A stretch of 7,898 bases of DNA. Origin: Fonticula alba ATCC 38817 (Eukaryota > Protista > Nucleariida). A program made the position numbers and the translations under genes. The notes under the pieces were generated by a model, which ran no database searches, was not told where the DNA came from, and saw only the letters and a list, made by a program, of their open reading frames with translations. Numbering within the stretch: position 1 is the first letter of the stretch; each line of letters begins with the position of its first letter. Positions 7,394 through 7,898 of this stretch are shown piece after piece. The stretch lies in NCBI GenBank assembly GCA_000388065.2, contig KB932202.1; one strand, written 5' to 3'.

Positions 7394-7439
7394 CGGCACC
7401 TGGACGGGCCCTGCACGCGAAGGGGCCCTCCAGGTGTCG
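7394..7439 (+). other. Predicted 18-bp stem-loop (one bulge, two G-U pairs, 9-nt loop)
   Basis: CGGCACCTGGA-c-GGGCCCT / loop GCACGCGAA / GGGGCCC-TCCAGGTGTCG, paired by eye. Confidence 0.7.
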
Positions 7440-7469
7440 GGGCTGCCCGTGTACCATATCTGCCCCCCG

Positions 7470-7634
7470 CCCATTCGGCCTCTCTTTCTGTCTCCCTCTC
7501 TCTCTTTCTCCTTCTCTCGACCTCTCCTTCTCTCGACCTCTCCTTGTCTCTTTTTGCCTCTCCGCTCTGCCTTGCGCTGTGGCTTTTCTTGCATCATGGG
7601 CTCGCTGACCTCTTCGCCGGCCTGTGCCGGCCAG
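7470..7634 (+). other. Putative plus-strand 3' splice region (pyrimidine tract, branch point, acceptor)
   Basis: About 130 nt C/T-rich tract, branch-like GCTGAC at 7604-7609, and the first downstream AG is CCAG ending at 7634. Confidence 0.45.
7507..7545 (+). repeat. 16-nt tandem repeat (CTCCTTCTCTCGACCT x ~2.4) within a pyrimidine tract
   Basis: Identical units at 7508-7523 and 7524-7539, plus a partial copy at 7540-7545. Confidence 0.9.
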
Positions 7635-7760
7635 AAGAGCGGTCTACAGCTCAGACATGCGTCTCGGCGAAAGGAGCACAGAGGAGGGCAAAGGGATGCA
7701 AGTGGACCCAGAGGTGGGGAGATGGCAAAGGAGCAGAGGGGAGCACGCGTGCGCATGCCT

Positions 7761-7774
7761 GTGTGTGTGTGTGT
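7761..7774. repeat. (GT)7 microsatellite
   Basis: Read directly. Confidence 0.85.
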
Positions 7775-7898
7775 GCGGGAGGGGGGGGGGGAGGCGACAT
7801 GGGTGCGTACCGGCTGCGAGGGTGAGGCACGACTCTGCCGAGCGCGTTTGGCTGTGCAATCGACGCGGAAGTCGAGACAACGAGGGGGGCGGGCGGGA

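Noticed and set aside
7394-7439. SECIS element interpretation of the hairpin
   Set aside because: It lacks the UGA/GA non-Watson-Crick quartet and is not in a demonstrable selenoprotein 3' UTR.
1-7898. CRISPR array, transposase or terminal inverted repeats, rRNA
   Set aside because: No repeat-spacer periodicity, no recognisable transposase or RT motifs, no long inverted termini and no conserved rRNA signatures were seen.

Overview
GC-rich eukaryotic genomic DNA with spliceosomal introns (GTRYGT-type donors, CTAAC/TGAC branch points, C-rich pyrimidine tracts), many microsatellites and long C/G homopolymers. The organism cannot be identified from sequence alone, though it looks like a GC-rich unicellular eukaryote. 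The main feature is a minus-strand, intron-split bZIP transcription factor gene that the ORF track hides. Joining the exon ending at 6160 to the exon starting at 5523 (phase 2 to phase 2) rebuilds a complete basic region and leucine zipper, RKLRHREVCRRSRKKQAAVYTALADSNADLRGECDDL, followed by a long disordered Gln/His/Pro-rich region. The basic region is atypical: His replaces the near-invariant Asn and Val-Cys replaces Ala-Ala. Further minus-strand Ser/Pro-rich exons at about 1713-2869 are either a second gene or the 3' part of the same gene, and their phase does not match the bZIP exon directly. There are weaker signs of plus-strand transcripts at both ends, plus hairpin- and palindrome-rich segments at about 57-498 and 7244-7439. 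No rRNA, tRNA, CRISPR array or transposase could be supported.
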